A stretch of DNA of 64,000 nt from contig NW_024704742.1 in the NCBI RefSeq assembly GCF_018977255.1, positions 55,368,001-55,432,000 of the forward strand, in the 5' to 3' direction. Origin of the DNA: Callorhinchus milii. Lineage: Eukaryota. A program made the translations under genes and the position numbers. Below the pieces are notes generated by a model that saw nothing but the letters and a program-made list of their open reading frames with translations, was not told the origin of the DNA and did no database searches. The stretch's first letter is position 1, and the number at the start of each line of letters is the position of its first letter. This document shows, in pieces, positions 62,527-64,000 of this stretch.

Positions 62527-63447
62527 GCCACCCACATTTCGAGAAAGAATGGAAAAAAACACTCAAATTCCCTATGTTTTAAATTAAGGTTTTATAATTA
62601 ATTTGCACCTTGCAACAGGATATGGGTTTATGTTAACCATCATAGAAGGCAACAAAATGCTGTTATACATGGGTCTGACCCAAGGCATCTGGGGAGCCAA
62701 GTAATTCCATGTTAAAAATAACAAATCTTCCAATCCTCCAAGCATTTCAGAACTAAGTTATTCAGTTGCAAGGAGACGTCAGGTGGAATTCTGATAGCAT
62801 TTTCAAAGAAAACTTGATAAGTAAGATCGCTGACCCTTTCTCCCTCAGGTATATCATTGTTTTTTTGAAAAAGAAAAAAATAATGCTCACTCTGCTGCTC
62901 TCAGTATATTGTAATAGTTTCAGCTGGTGCCTACAAATGTTTACACATCAATCTTGCAAGCCTTATTTCTGGTCACTATCTGACCAGGTTATTACTAATG
63001 ATGAAGAAACCATTTTATCCAACAGTGTGAAATACTGGACCAGTTGAATTCTTCAGACCCTACCAGTTGTGATGAATGGTTTCCAAAATAACCAAGCTTA
63101 AACAATTTCCATTGTTTTCTGGGAGAATTCACAGGCTTTGTTATTTTTAAAAAGAAGTGAAATTTCTGAAGTAGGTGAAATTTATGATGCTTCGAAATGC
63201 ATTTGATGTGATATCATATCATATCCATTATGAAATGCCATAAATGTGGGGCTATTCCACAGCTATTGTCAGGCACTAAACATCCACCAACTCCCACGCG
63301 TTTTTTTTGCTGTTTTAAAAAGAATCGTCCGCCATCATTATTTTTGTTTTCTGGAACGCCAGCTATATTTGGATTTAGATCCTGGAGGCACAGTGTTTGA
63401 GGACTACTTCCCAGGATACTGACTGAATTACCATATTAAATGTATTA

Positions 63448-63772
63448 GTAATAATCCTCGCATTTGATATAGCACCTTATCACTTCTCAAAGTGCTTCAC
63501 AGAATATACTGTAAAGTGAATTGATTGTATATTTTGTGAGCAAAATGTGGCAGCCAACTGTGCACAGCAGTGTCCCACACACTGTTGTGGATTATGTGAC
63601 CAAATTCTTCTTTTTTTTGAAGGGATTATTATCCCGGGAAAAAGCGATCTGCCAATCGACTACCAACTGGGTAAACAGAGGCATATGGAGTAAGGAAACT
63701 TGCCCAATGTTTTGCCCCCCCCCCCCCCGGAAATTGAACCAAGCTCCTCTCGCTTGCAAAGCGAATGCTCTA
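63448..63772 (-). mobile_element. SINE family A, long form, partly deleted
   Basis: AAAAGCGATCTGCCAATCGACTA segment present; poly-C expansion near the head. Confidence 0.88.
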
Positions 63773-64000
63773 TTAGTGTAAATTGGGAAGGGACATGGAA
63801 TGGAGAAACTCCATAAAAGTGAATAACTTACTATAACTTACACAGAGTTCTCTAGACTCCAGCAAACTCAAATATAGTCACTCACAGTTTTATCCAAACA
63901 ACTTTCTCTTATGCTCTTTCACATAGAACAATGTTTCGAAGCAATTAAGATAGGGAGCACTGATCAGGGGGAAGGTGGAGTTTGGTGAGGGAGCAAATGT

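Noticed and set aside
1..64000. CRISPR array or other prokaryotic system
   Set aside because: Recurrent motifs are dispersed SINE and LINE tails in both orientations, with no regular spacing and no operon-like genes.

Overview
This is AT-rich, repeat-dense vertebrate non-coding DNA, either a large intron or intergenic. The repeat set (CR1 and L2 LINEs, tRNA-headed and Deu-domain SINEs, Penelope-type terminal repeats) points by inference to a cartilaginous fish, possibly a chimaera. I could not identify any host protein-coding gene; every recognisable ORF is a LINE ORF2 fragment or its antisense shadow. Repeat family names come from recalled consensus sequences, not from a database search, and most TE boundaries are approximate (about 10-20 bp). 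Main observations: (1) a tRNA-Ala SINE present as long and 65-bp-deleted subfamilies, one lineage of which carries the 3' stem-loop of a co-resident L2; (2) a young CR1 lacking its whole RT domain in frame, nested in another CR1; (3) an exact ETS-CRE plus YY1 CpG-rich promoter-like block back-to-back with an L2 5' end; (4) several unexplained palindromes, including a hairpin-G4-hairpin cluster at 37.06-37.23 kb and a 214-bp fold-back at 50.2 kb; (5) decayed hammerhead-ribozyme-like cores in Penelope remnants; (6) an AmnSINE2-like relic; (7) a repeat-free, motif-rich island at about 56.7-59.9 kb.
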